In this document: piece by piece, positions 10,366-21,902 of the stretch | Layout: every line of letters begins with the position of its first letter | Position numbering within the stretch: the stretch's first letter is position 1 | Source of the DNA: Marinobacter sp. | GTDB lineage: Bacteria; Pseudomonadota; Gammaproteobacteria; Pseudomonadales; Oleiphilaceae | Assembly (NCBI RefSeq): GCF_040904845.1 | Contig: NZ_JBBDSR010000070.1 | Span: forward strand, 10,475-74,474 | Direction: 5' to 3' | DNA length: 64,000 nt | Notes under the pieces: model-generated | The model's input: the letters and a program-made list of their open reading frames with translations, nothing else | Told to the model about the DNA's origin: nothing | Database searches by the model: none | Program-made: the position numbers and the translations under genes

Positions 10366-11424
10366 GTGGATCGGGATATCAAGATTTCCATCCGGAACCT
10401 GTACAAGATTTTCGGCCCCATTCCAGACGTTGCCCTGGCGTACGTTCGTCGGGGCATGGGCAAGGCCGAACTGCTTGAGAAGCACAACCATGTGCTGGGC
10501 CTTCAGGATATCAACGTGGATATCCGTGAGGGTGAGATTACCGTCATCATGGGGCTGTCCGGCTCGGGAAAATCCACCCTTATCCGCCATCTGAACAGGC
10601 TGATTGAACCAACCGCCGGGGAAATCCGCGTCGACGGTGATGATGTGCTGGCGTTCAACGAAGACAAGCTGCGCAAACTGCGGCGGGAACGAATGTCCAT
10701 GGTGTTCCAGAAGTTTGCCCTGCTCCCCCACAAGACCGTGCTGGAGAACGCCGGCATGGCGCTGTTGGTGCGTGGCTATACCGTGGAGGAGTTTGAGGCA
10801 GACGCCAGAAAATGGTTGGCCCGCGTTGGATTGGAGGGCAACGAGAACCAGTACCCCCACCAGTTGTCTGGCGGCATGCAGCAGCGTGTTGGCATTGCCC
10901 GGGCGCTGGCGTCCAATTCACCCGTGATGCTGATGGACGAAGCCTTTTCCGCACTGGACCCGCTCATCCGCTCGGACATGCAGGACCTGCTGTTGGAGCT
11001 GCAGGATGAGCTTCAGAAAACAGTGGTGTTCATCACCCACGATCTGGACGAGTCGCTGAAGCTGGCCGACCACCTGGTCATTCTCAAGGACGGCTACATC
11101 GTCCAGCAGGGCGAACCTCAGGAAATCCTGATGAACCCGAACGACCCGTACATCATCGACTTTATCAGCGATATCAACCGGGCCCGGGTACTGCGTGTGC
11201 GCTCGATCATGAAGAGAACCACGGAAGCGCCGAAAACCTGCGCCGGCGATATCTCCGAGCGGGACAACCTGGAATCGGTGATTGCCAGGTCCGAAGGCGA
11301 CACCGAGCTAACCTACCGGGTAATGCGAAAGGGCGAGCAAATCGGCGTTCTGAACATGAAGGATCTGGTCCGCGCGCTGGTACCAACGGACGGGGCAGCG
11401 GAGACCGAACAGCGGGTGCAGTGA
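10366..11424 (+). CDS. proV: Glycine betaine/proline ABC transporter ATP-binding protein
   Basis: Walker A GLSGSGKST, signature LSGGMQQRV, Walker B VMLMDEAFSALD, plus a CBS-like tail. GTG start is preceded by AAGGGAG. Confidence 0.9.
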   Translation: MDRDIKISIRNLYKIFGPIPDVALAYVRRGMGKAELLEKHNHVLGLQDINVDIREGEITVIMGLSGSGKSTLIRHLNRLIEPTAGEIRVDGDDVLAFNEDKLRKLRRERMSMVFQKFALLPHKTVLENAGMALLVRGYTVEEFEADARKWLARVGLEGNENQYPHQLSGGMQQRVGIARALASNSPVMLMDEAFSALDPLIRSDMQDLLLELQDELQKTVVFITHDLDESLKLADHLVILKDGYIVQQGEPQEILMNPNDPYIIDFISDINRARVLRVRSIMKRTTEAPKTCAGDISERDNLESVIARSEGDTELTYRVMRKGEQIGVLNMKDLVRALVPTDGAAETEQRVQ

Positions 11425-11430
11425 CCGCTG

Positions 11431-12465
11431 TCAGGTTTCCTGCTCCCGCTCTTTTCCCTCGCGGATATTTTCCCGTGCTTCCTGGCGCTCTTCCCGATCG
11501 GCTTCCGGTACGTCGTGCTCATCGGCTCGCGAGGGCCGGAAGCACAAAGTGGCCAGGATCGGGAAATGGTCCGACCCAAACGGAGCCAGCCTCTCGATAT
11601 TTCCGAGGGTAAAGTGTTCCGTGGTAAAGACGTGGTCCAGCGGCCAGCGAAGGTACCAGTGGCCGGCGTGGAACGTGCTGAACATGCCCCTGCCCCGCCG
11701 CGGGTCCAACATGCCGCTGATCCGGCAGAACAGCCGCGTGGTGCGTGACCAAGCCACATCATTGAGATCACCGGCGACGATAGCCGGGTAATCGCCCTGA
11801 CGGATTTGCTGACCAATCAGCAGTAATTCCGCATCGCGCCAGAGGGATTCCTCACTTTCGCTGGGAGCCGGCGGCCTTGGGTGCAGCGCGTGTAACTTCA
11901 CACGGTCACCGCTGGGCAGTTTGAGCCAGCCGTGTATCGACGGAATGTCATCCTGAATCAGATAATTCACCTCGGCTTCCTCCAGGGGAAACCTGGAATA
12001 CAGGTGCATACCGTACAGGTTGTCCAGCGGCACCCGGATAATGGTTGGCCAGTCGCCAAAGGCCTTATCAAGCTGGTCGCCCCACCATTGGTCGGATTCC
12101 AGCGTCAGCAGCACATCCGGTTCCCGCTCCCGCACCTGACGAATCAGGGCATCGCTGTTACGGTTTGGCGTCAGCACATTGGCAACCATCAGTGTCACAC
12201 AGCGTTCCTTCTGGCCCGGCTCGGCAGCGTGCACTTGCAGGGGCCAGAGCCGCGTCCATGGGAGGATGCGGTATAACTGCAGCACCAGGACCACGCTGCA
12301 CAACCCGAGTACCCAGCCTCGCAACTCGCCCTGCGCCAGCCAGAAAGCGGCAATGGCCGTTGCTGTGGCCAGCGTGGCAATCTGCACCCGTGGAAACTCA
12401 CACACCCGAATCCACCAGTCATGAAGGCGCACTTTGCCCAATATGGTTACCGACAGCAGGACCAT
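11431..12465 (-). CDS. Membrane-anchored endonuclease/exonuclease/phosphatase (EEP) family protein
   Basis: N-terminal TM helices and the C-terminal EEP motif FGSDHFPILA. The track starts at TTG 12471 and the first ATG is at 12465, so the start is uncertain. Confidence 0.7.
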   Translation of the reverse strand: MVLLSVTILGKVRLHDWWIRVCEFPRVQIATLATATAIAAFWLAQGELRGWVLGLCSVVLVLQLYRILPWTRLWPLQVHAAEPGQKERCVTLMVANVLTPNRNSDALIRQVREREPDVLLTLESDQWWGDQLDKAFGDWPTIIRVPLDNLYGMHLYSRFPLEEAEVNYLIQDDIPSIHGWLKLPSGDRVKLHALHPRPPAPSESEESLWRDAELLLIGQQIRQGDYPAIVAGDLNDVAWSRTTRLFCRISGMLDPRRGRGMFSTFHAGHWYLRWPLDHVFTTEHFTLGNIERLAPFGSDHFPILATLCFRPSRADEHDVPEADREERQEARENIREGKEREQET

Positions 12466-12580
12466 CGCCAATATCAGTAGAAGATAAGTGATCAGATGCG
12501 CCTCCGGAGGTCATCGGTTATTTACACTTAACACCATAGACCATACGCGCAGATGGCTGAACTTTTGCTATCAACGGATC

Positions 12581-12620
12581 AAAAAAAAGGGCGCGGTCAT
12601 CTCTGACCGCGCCCTTTTCT
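12581..12620. terminator. Bidirectional rho-independent terminator (serves katG)
   Basis: A8-GGGCGCGGTC-loop-GACCGCGCCC-TTTTCT. Perfect 10-bp GC stem with an A-run on one side and a T-run on the other. Confidence 0.85.
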
Positions 12621-12633
12621 CGTAGCCAGTGGA

Positions 12634-14982
<2,349 letters not shown>

Positions 14983-15145
14983 TTATCATGAGGCCGTCTG
15001 CAATAAACCACAGCAGCCACACTCGCAACCCGGACCACAGCAAGCATAGTCCGTTTTTCGCGGGTTGCCGTGGAAGTTGGGCAGTAGCACAATGGCGAAC
15101 ATAAAGGATCACGGGCGCACGTGCGCTGATTGAAGGAGAAACAGC

Positions 15146-16162
15146 ATGGGCCAACAACAGGTACTGGAAGAAACCATTAGCCAACTGATTCACCCCGGCA
15201 AGGGCATTCTCGCTGCGGATGAAAGCGCACCCACCATTGCCAAGCGGTTTACGGCGGTCGGGGTTGAGTCAACCGAAGATAAACGGCGGGAGTACCGTAG
15301 CCTGATGTTTTCCACACCCGGTCTGGGTGATTACATCAGCGGCGTTATTCTTTACGAGGAAACGCTGGATCAGCTCAGCCTCGACGGCGAGCCCATGGCC
15401 GCACTCCTGCAGCGTCAGGGCATTGTTCCGGGCATCAAAGTGGATAAAGGCAAAGGCCCGCTGGCGAACGCACCCGGTGATGAGATCACCTTTGGCCTGG
15501 ATGGACTGGAGGAACGCCTGCTGGGCTTTCGGGAACAGGGTGCCCGCTTTGCCAAGTGGCGCGATGTGTACCACATCACCGACACCAACCCCAGCCGGCT
15601 GGCGATGGAAGCCAACGCAGAAATACTCGCCCGGTACGCCGCTGTGTGCCAGTCTCTGGGCATCGTCCCGATTGTAGAGACCGAAGTGCTGATCGATGGC
15701 CATCACACGATCGAACGCTGCGCCCAGGTCAGCGAAGCGGTGCTAAGGGAGGTTTTCCGGGCGCTTGATCGCCACGGTGTTGGTCTGGAAGGCATGCTGC
15801 TCAAACCCAGCATGGTGACACCCGGTAAATCCCACACCAGCCAGGCCAGCCCGGAGCAGGTGGCACAAGCCACGTTGAGCGTATTCAGACGCGCCGTGCC
15901 GGCGGCCGTTCCGGGCATTGTGTTCCTCTCCGGCGGCCAAACGCCGGAACAGGCAACGGCCAACCTCCACGCCCTCAATCAACACGCCCCACAACCCTGG
16001 CAACTGAGTTTTTCCTACGGTCGCGCGCTTCAGGAACCGGCCCAGCATGCCTGGGCCGGAAACCTTGAGAATGGACCCGCCGCCCAGGATGCCCTGCACC
16101 TGCGGGCAAAGCTGAACAGTGCCGCACGCAATGGGGCCTACAAACCGGAGATGGAGAGCTGA
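15146..16162 (+). CDS. Class I (Schiff-base) fructose-bisphosphate aldolase
   Basis: GKGILAADES..TIAKRF N-terminus and LLKPSMV (Schiff-base Lys region) are present. GAAGGAG Shine-Dalgarno. Confidence 0.85.
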   Translation: MGQQQVLEETISQLIHPGKGILAADESAPTIAKRFTAVGVESTEDKRREYRSLMFSTPGLGDYISGVILYEETLDQLSLDGEPMAALLQRQGIVPGIKVDKGKGPLANAPGDEITFGLDGLEERLLGFREQGARFAKWRDVYHITDTNPSRLAMEANAEILARYAAVCQSLGIVPIVETEVLIDGHHTIERCAQVSEAVLREVFRALDRHGVGLEGMLLKPSMVTPGKSHTSQASPEQVAQATLSVFRRAVPAAVPGIVFLSGGQTPEQATANLHALNQHAPQPWQLSFSYGRALQEPAQHAWAGNLENGPAAQDALHLRAKLNSAARNGAYKPEMES

Positions 16163-16168
16163 TCGGTT

Positions 16169-17134
16169 TCAGGCAGCGCGGGGGATGCTCACCGGTTGTT
16201 GCAGGCAGGCCAGCATGGGTTCGACCTGGCGGAGTTTGCGGGCCTCGGGCCAGAGCAATTCCGCTTCGGCGAAGCCCTGGCGGAGGTAGTTCAGCCATTG
16301 TTTGATGCGACCGGTCACAAACCGGTCTTCCAGGCGCGTTTGCAGGGCAATGGCGTATTCACGAACCAGAGCCACCGCTTCGGGCCAGGTCATATCCGGC
16401 ACCGATTCACCGCGTTGGCTGGCGCGGATTTTCCGGGCCAGGTCCGGGCGTGCGATCAGGCCGCGGCCAATCATCACATCATCACAACCCGATACGTCAC
16501 GACAACGCCAGTAATCGTCCACGGACCAGATGTCGCCATTGGCGATCACCGGCAGGCTCACTGCTTCCCGCGCTTTGGCGATGTCTTCCCAGTAGGCAGG
16601 CGGCTTGTAGCCATCGACTTTGCTGCGGGCGTGAATCACGATTTCCCCGGCCCCGGCGGCTTCCAGTGCCTGGGCGCAGGCTACGCCCATGGAGCGGTCT
16701 TCGTAACCGAGACGCATCTTGGCGGTCACCGGTATAGAGGCCGGCACAGCCGAGCGAACCTGCGCCACGATCTCGTGCATCAATTCCGGCTCCCGCATCA
16801 ACACGCAACCACCCTTGTGCTTGTTGACGGTTTTGGCCGGGCAGCCAAAATTGATATCCACCTGGGTGGCACCGAGCTCGGCGGCTTTTGCCCCGTGGCG
16901 GCCCATTTGAACCGGGTCGGAGCCGAGCAACTGCACGGCAACCGGTACGCCTGCTTCGGTGAGCGAATCGTTGTGCAGTTCCGGGGCGTATTTGTAAAAA
17001 ACGCGGGGCGGCAACATGCCGTGGGTCACGCGAATAAATTCGGTCACACAACGATCAATACCCCCGACTTTCGTCAAGGTTTCACGAATCGGTGCGTCCA
17101 CCAGCCCTTCCATCGGGGCGAGGATTATTCGCAT
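16169..17134 (-). CDS. dusC: tRNA-dihydrouridine synthase, DusC-like
   Basis: MRIILAPMEGLVDAPIRE..CVTEFIRV matches the Dus/DusC N-terminus. Start trimmed from 17260 to ATG 17134, which has a GGAGA Shine-Dalgarno. Confidence 0.75.
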   Translation of the reverse strand: MRIILAPMEGLVDAPIRETLTKVGGIDRCVTEFIRVTHGMLPPRVFYKYAPELHNDSLTEAGVPVAVQLLGSDPVQMGRHGAKAAELGATQVDINFGCPAKTVNKHKGGCVLMREPELMHEIVAQVRSAVPASIPVTAKMRLGYEDRSMGVACAQALEAAGAGEIVIHARSKVDGYKPPAYWEDIAKAREAVSLPVIANGDIWSVDDYWRCRDVSGCDDVMIGRGLIARPDLARKIRASQRGESVPDMTWPEAVALVREYAIALQTRLEDRFVTGRIKQWLNYLRQGFAEAELLWPEARKLRQVEPMLACLQQPVSIPRAA

Positions 17135-17213
17135 GGGGTCTCCGGGGTGTTCAAAGAATGAGCGGGGCGGAATTGTAGTGGGTTCCGCACCCGCTGGCCA
17201 GTCCCCGGCGGTG

Positions 17214-17657
17214 TCAGGAGGCCTTGCGATGGCGCTCCATTTCGTTGCGGTACTGCTCACCCAGGTATTCTTTCTGTTTGTCGGTCAATGCCTTACCGGC
17301 CATCTGAAACACTTCCTGTTCTTCTTCGTCCAGGTGATGGCTTACCAGATGCTTGAGGTCTTTGAATTTTTGCAGCCATTGGGGACTGCTGTAGTCGATT
17401 TCTGCCAGTTCCTCGACCAGATCATCCATCTCTTTATGTTCCGCCACACTGTGCCGGGCCTTGTCCTGGGTCAGATCCACAGTCAGCAACTGGGCATAGA
17501 AGCATTTCTCTTCCGCCGCTGCGTGCTGGGAGAGTTCGTCTTTCAGTTTGGCGAAATTTTGCTGGCGGAGCTGCTCGGCCCCCTGGGTATCTTCGAGCCT
17601 GTTCAGTAAATCCCGTTGGACTTCGTGATCGTGTCTGAGCGCTTCGAATACGTTCAT
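17214..17657 (-). CDS. Hemerythrin HHE cation-binding domain protein
   Basis: H..HE / H..E spacing typical of hemerythrin-like domains (ALRHDHEVQ, VAEHKEMD, VSHHLDEEE). AAGGAGG Shine-Dalgarno before ATG 17657. Confidence 0.75.
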   Translation of the reverse strand: MNVFEALRHDHEVQRDLLNRLEDTQGAEQLRQQNFAKLKDELSQHAAAEEKCFYAQLLTVDLTQDKARHSVAEHKEMDDLVEELAEIDYSSPQWLQKFKDLKHLVSHHLDEEEQEVFQMAGKALTDKQKEYLGEQYRNEMERHRKAS

Positions 17658-17760
17658 ATTGACCTCCTTGCCATTGGATGAAGACAACCACACACCTCAA
17701 AACTGTAGCGCAATACGTGACATTTGACGGTGACTGTTTAGTAATGAGCGGCGGCGGTTA

Positions 17761-17979
17761 TCAGAGCCGTTCGATGGAGGCGAACTTGCCCTCGCCATCA
17801 AAAACAATGCGGAAACTGCCACGAACACCATCGCGCAGATAAAAGCGGGAGAGAATCCGCGCCGGGAAGCGGACAGAGCGTCCGTCCCGGGCGGTGGTAT
17901 GAACATCGGTCGCCACACCCTGATAGAGCTTGATCCACTCATCCGGGCTGATGGCAATGTCCACAATGATCTGCTGCAT
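17761..17979 (-). CDS. Small conserved protein (resembles the DUF2835 family), immediately downstream of htpG
   Basis: 72-aa ORF starting 7 nt after the htpG stop. The family call comes from remembered sequence character (RSVRFPARILSRF..G.RG.F) and was not searched. Confidence 0.55.
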   Translation of the reverse strand: MQQIIVDIAISPDEWIKLYQGVATDVHTTARDGRSVRFPARILSRFYLRDGVRGSFRIVFDGEGKFASIERL

Positions 17980-17986
17980 GGGGGCT

Positions 17987-19885
17987 TTAGTTCGCCAGTT
18001 CCAGCAACAGACGGTTCAGGCGGGTCACATAGGCACCCGGGTCCTGCAGTTGCTCGCCGCTGGCAAGAGTTGCCTGGTCCAGAAGAACCGCAGACAGCTC
18101 GCCGAAGCGCTCGTCACCTTTTTCGTTTTCCAGGCGCTGTACCAGCGGATGGTCCACGTTGATTTCAAAGATCGGCTTGCTGTCGGGCACTTTCTGACCC
18201 GCCGCTTCCATGATCTTCTTCATCTGCGCGCCCATGTCGAAATCACCAACCACCAGACACGCCGGCGAGTCCGTCAGGCGGTTGGTCACCCGCACGTCCT
18301 GAACCCGGTCGTCCAGAGCCGTCTTGATGCGCTCAAGCAGGCCTTTATGCTCTTCGGCGGCTTCTTCCTTGTGCTTCTTGTCTTCCTCGGTTTCCACTTC
18401 ACCGAGGTCGAGGTCGCCGCGGGCAACGTCCTGGAGCTGTTTGCCGTCGTACTCGCTGAGGTAACCCATCATCCACTCGTCGATACGGTCAGACAGGATC
18501 AACACCTCTATGCCTTTCTTGCGGAAGACTTCCAGGTGCGGGCTGCTCTTGGCGGCCATGAAGTTGTCGGCGGTGATGTAGTAAATCTTGTTCTGGCCTT
18601 CTTTCATGCGGCCAATGTAGTCGTCCAGTGACACGTTCTGGGTCTGCTCACCGGTCTGGGTGGTGGCAAACCGCAGCAGGCCGGCGATTTTCTCACGGTT
18701 GCTGAAGTCTTCCGCCGGGCCTTCTTTCAATACGGTGCCAAACTCACCCCAGAACTTCTGGTACTGCTCGGGCTCTTTCTTGGCCAACTTGGAGAGCATG
18801 TCCAGAACCCGCTTGGTGACCGCGGTGCGGATGCTTTCCACGGTGCTGTCGTTCTGTAGGATCTCGCGGGAGACGTTGAGCGACAGATCGTTGGAGTCAA
18901 TCACACCCTTGGTGAAGCGCAGGTACAACGGCAGGAACTGCTCGGCGTCGTCCATGATGAACACGCGCTGTACATAGAGCTTGAGGCCGCGAGGCGCTTC
19001 CCGGTTGTACATATCGAACGGTGCACGGGCCGGCATGTACAGCAGGCTGGTGTAGTCGAGTTTGCCTTCAATCTTGTTGTGGGACCAGGTCAGCGGGTCT
19101 TCAAAATCGTGGGCGATGTGCTTGTAGAATTCTTTGTACTCTTCGTCTTTGATTTCGGTGCGCGGCAGGGTCCACAGCGCGGTGGCGTCGTTGACGGTTT
19201 CGTACTCACCCTGCTTCTCTTCGCCCTCACCTTCTGATTCGGCTTTCATAACCACGGGGAAGGAGATGTGGTCGGAGTATTTTTTCACGAGATTGCGAAG
19301 CCGGAAGCCATCGGCGAATTCTTTGGCGTCGGCTTTCAGGTGCAGGACAATCTGGGTGCCACGGTTTTCGAGGTTAGCCTGCTCGATGGTGAATTCACCA
19401 TCGCCGTTGGACTCCCAGCGAATGCCCTCTTCAGCGGGCGTGCCGGCACGGCGGGTCAGCACTTCTACCTTGTCGGCAACGATGAATGAGGAGTAAAAAC
19501 CAACGCCAAACTGACCGATCAGTTTGCTGTCTTTTTTCTCGTCTCCGGAGAGCTGCTGCAGGAACTCGGCGGTGCCGGAACGGGCGATGGTGCCAAGGTT
19601 CTGAACCACGTCTTCGCGGGTCATGCCGATGCCGTTATCGGTGAGGGTGACGGTGTTCGTTTCCTGGTCGTAGTCGAGGCGAATTTTCAGCTCTGGGTCG
19701 CTTTCATACAGGCTGTCGTCCTTCAGGGCCGCGAAACGCAGTTTGTCTTCGGCATCCGAGGCGTTTGAAATCAGCTCACGAAGGAAGATTTCCTTGTTGG
19801 AATACAGGGAATGGATCATCAGGTGAAGCAACTGCTTCACTTCGGTCTGGAATCCCAGGGTCTCTTTTTGCGCTTCTACCGTCAT
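17987..19885 (-). CDS. htpG: Molecular chaperone HtpG (bacterial Hsp90)
   Basis: Full-length match to Hsp90 signatures ([28 protein letters not shown]). AGGAGA Shine-Dalgarno. Confidence 0.97.
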   Translation of the reverse strand: MTVEAQKETLGFQTEVKQLLHLMIHSLYSNKEIFLRELISNASDAEDKLRFAALKDDSLYESDPELKIRLDYDQETNTVTLTDNGIGMTREDVVQNLGTIARSGTAEFLQQLSGDEKKDSKLIGQFGVGFYSSFIVADKVEVLTRRAGTPAEEGIRWESNGDGEFTIEQANLENRGTQIVLHLKADAKEFADGFRLRNLVKKYSDHISFPVVMKAESEGEGEEKQGEYETVNDATALWTLPRTEIKDEEYKEFYKHIAHDFEDPLTWSHNKIEGKLDYTSLLYMPARAPFDMYNREAPRGLKLYVQRVFIMDDAEQFLPLYLRFTKGVIDSNDLSLNVSREILQNDSTVESIRTAVTKRVLDMLSKLAKKEPEQYQKFWGEFGTVLKEGPAEDFSNREKIAGLLRFATTQTGEQTQNVSLDDYIGRMKEGQNKIYYITADNFMAAKSSPHLEVFRKKGIEVLILSDRIDEWMMGYLSEYDGKQLQDVARGDLDLGEVETEEDKKHKEEAAEEHKGLLERIKTALDDRVQDVRVTNRLTDSPACLVVGDFDMGAQMKKIMEAAGQKVPDSKPIFEINVDHPLVQRLENEKGDERFGELSAVLLDQATLASGEQLQDPGAYVTRLNRLLLELAN

Positions 19886-20006
19886 GGTTCTTTTGTCTCC
19901 TGCTTTGTTTGGTTTGGTGGAGCGGCGCGGGTACGGAGCCCGAGCCGTACAGGGACGTCTCGAGGCGTGTGCTTGCCTGCACCAATGCTTAATACGCTGA
20001 GTCCTG

Positions 20007-20034
20007 AAATGGGGGCAGACCGGGGCATTTCAAG
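20007..20034 (-). promoter_or_regulatory. Sigma32 (RpoH) heat-shock-type promoter for htpG
   Basis: The minus strand reads CTTGAAA-13 nt-CCCCATTT, matching the consensus CTTGAAA-N13-15-CCCCATNT. It lies about 120 nt upstream of the htpG ATG. Confidence 0.65.
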
Positions 20035-20053
20035 CCCCGGTTAACAGGGGAAA

Positions 20054-20488
20054 TCAGTCTTCTAACAGGAAGTGGGCTCTGGCAGTGGCAATCGGTTGGG
20101 AACGGGATTTCTGCCAGGCACTGACCATGATGTTGGCCACGCGGTTGCCCTGGCGGGTCAGGCGGCACTCGGCGTAGGTTTCGCGGTTCAGGCCGGCGCG
20201 TAGGTAATCCAGGGAAAAATCGACGATGCGGGGCATGCGCAGGCTGTCTTGCGACATCATCAGGTAGATGGCGGCGGACATTTCCATGAACCCACCGATC
20301 ACGCCGCCATGGATAGCCGGGAGGATGGGGTTGCCCAGGTTTTCTTCCTTTTTGGGCAGCCGGAAGATCAGGTCATCCCCAAAACGCTCACATTCCAGGC
20401 CGATGAATCTGGCGTAGGGCACGCTTTCCAGCAGGCGGGAAAAATTGCCGGTTTCGCGGGTGTACCGGAGGATTTCAGGATCGGTCAT
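20054..20488 (-). CDS. PaaI/hotdog-fold thioesterase
   Basis: Hotdog thioesterase pattern (AIHGGVIGGFMEMS). Its ATG overlaps the upstream stop (ATGA). Confidence 0.75.
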   Translation of the reverse strand: MTDPEILRYTRETGNFSRLLESVPYARFIGLECERFGDDLIFRLPKKEENLGNPILPAIHGGVIGGFMEMSAAIYLMMSQDSLRMPRIVDFSLDYLRAGLNRETYAECRLTRQGNRVANIMVSAWQKSRSQPIATARAHFLLED

Positions 20489-20955
20489 GCTTCACCTCCG
20501 GTGATCAGGTCACGGTAGCTTTTGGGCGTCGCTTCCTTGCCGATGCGCATGAAGGTGCCCACGCAGTTGGCGATGGTTTCGCCGCCTTCCTGATAGGCCT
20601 CACAGCGGGTAAAGATGATGTTACGGGTGATCTTATAGGTCTCGGCGCGGGCAAATACCGGTTTGTGGGGTTCGGCCGGGCGCATGTAGTCGACTCGCAG
20701 GTCGAGGGTTGGGCACAACTCGAAATCCGGCAGCGCGCAGATAATCACCGATCCGGAGGTAGTGTCCATCAATGTGGTAATGGCCCCGCCATGGATGACG
20801 CCGGTGTCCGGGTTGCCGATAATCCGGTCGCTGTAGGGCAGGCGCATGGTCAATACGCCATCGCTGGCCTCTTCAACGGCCAGGCCCAGTTCCCGGGCCT
20901 GGTTCAGTGTTTCAATAAACCGGAGAACGCGGTTCAGTCGGGTATCGTCAGTCAT
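20485..20955 (-). CDS. PaaI/hotdog-fold thioesterase (paralog)
   Basis: VIHGGAITTLMDTT motif is present. ATGA overlaps with both neighbouring genes. Confidence 0.75.
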   Translation of the reverse strand: MTDDTRLNRVLRFIETLNQARELGLAVEEASDGVLTMRLPYSDRIIGNPDTGVIHGGAITTLMDTTSGSVIICALPDFELCPTLDLRVDYMRPAEPHKPVFARAETYKITRNIIFTRCEAYQEGGETIANCVGTFMRIGKEATPKSYRDLITGGEA

Positions 20956-21710
20956 TCAGTCGTGCCAGTTCGGTTGCTGTTGGTTTTTTGCGATGGTTCT
21001 GTTTTGGGGGCGGGTTCGTCAAAGACTTTGCCGGCCCTGAGCGCCTGAAGTGCATCGGAGCGGAACTCCCGACGGTAGAGAATCACCACCACCAGAGTCG
21101 ATGCGCCAATGAACGCCACAGGGTGGATAAACCAGGCCACCACGGCGAGCGCATAGTAATAGGACCGCAGGCCGAGGTTGAAAGCGTCGCCGGCAAGGTT
21201 GCAAACCCGTGCCGCGCTTTGGGCAAACGCTTCCCGGCCAGCAGGGCTGGTTTTGGTGTCATCCGGGGGTGGTGCGCCCCCAATCAGCACAGCCACGAAA
21301 TTGTACATGCGCATGGACCAGGTGAACTTGAAGAAGGCATAGATAAATACCACCAGCAGTACCACCATTCGCATCTCCCACACCGCCCGGCTGGGCAGGT
21401 TGCCGAATGGCATGGTGTTAAAGACTTCCATGACTTCCTGAGTGTACCCAAGCGCGGTAATTATACCGGCCAGTATCAATAGGCAGCTTGAGGCGAAAAA
21501 GGCACCGTTGCGCTCCAGATTACCAACAACGGACGCGTCGGAAATTCGGTTGTCGCGCCGCAGCATGACGCGCATCCAGTCTTCCCGGTAGAGGTCCAGG
21601 GTGTTCGACAGGCACGGCCTGTCAGTCGCTTTCCGACGTGAATACTCGCTGTACCCCAGCCAGCACACCAGAAACCAGGACAGCGCAATCAATTCCAGAT
21701 ATTCACCCAT
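20952..21710 (-). CDS. DUF599-family integral membrane protein
   Basis: Multi-TM protein with a DUF599-like N-terminus (YREDWMRVMLRRDNRI). First gene of a translationally coupled three-gene unit. Confidence 0.6.
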   Translation of the reverse strand: MGEYLELIALSWFLVCWLGYSEYSRRKATDRPCLSNTLDLYREDWMRVMLRRDNRISDASVVGNLERNGAFFASSCLLILAGIITALGYTQEVMEVFNTMPFGNLPSRAVWEMRMVVLLVVFIYAFFKFTWSMRMYNFVAVLIGGAPPPDDTKTSPAGREAFAQSAARVCNLAGDAFNLGLRSYYYALAVVAWFIHPVAFIGASTLVVVILYRREFRSDALQALRAGKVFDEPAPKTEPSQKTNSNRTGTTE

Positions 21711-21902
21711 GCAGTATCCACGTTTGGCGTCAAAAAAGGTCGGGGTTAGAGCCTGTTATCATACACTTTGCCTCCAATCAGCTCCACAGATCGACGCTCC
21801 TTCAGTTCATCCCCACCTTGTTGGGAAATGGTATAAACTGCCGGTATTCAAACCGGAAATGCGGACCGCACCCGGATCAAGGACTGAATACAGGAGTTAA
21901 TC

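Noticed and set aside
16196-17161. Long antisense ORFs opposite real genes. Examples are 16196-17161 versus dusC, 8282-9280 versus proX, 43641-44405 versus uvrB, 57442-58761 versus gyrA and 60244-60897 versus purU.
   Set aside because: They are typical stop-codon-poor antisense frames in GC-rich DNA. Their composition is Arg/Gly/His-rich and low-complexity, they lack a Shine-Dalgarno, and the opposite strand encodes clearly recognisable conserved proteins.
20021-20040. CCGGGGC-ATTTCAA-GCCCCGG hairpin as a terminator for the thioesterase operon.
   Set aside because: On the minus strand it lacks a following U-run and it coincides with the -35 element of the sigma32-type htpG promoter. I report it as promoter context only.
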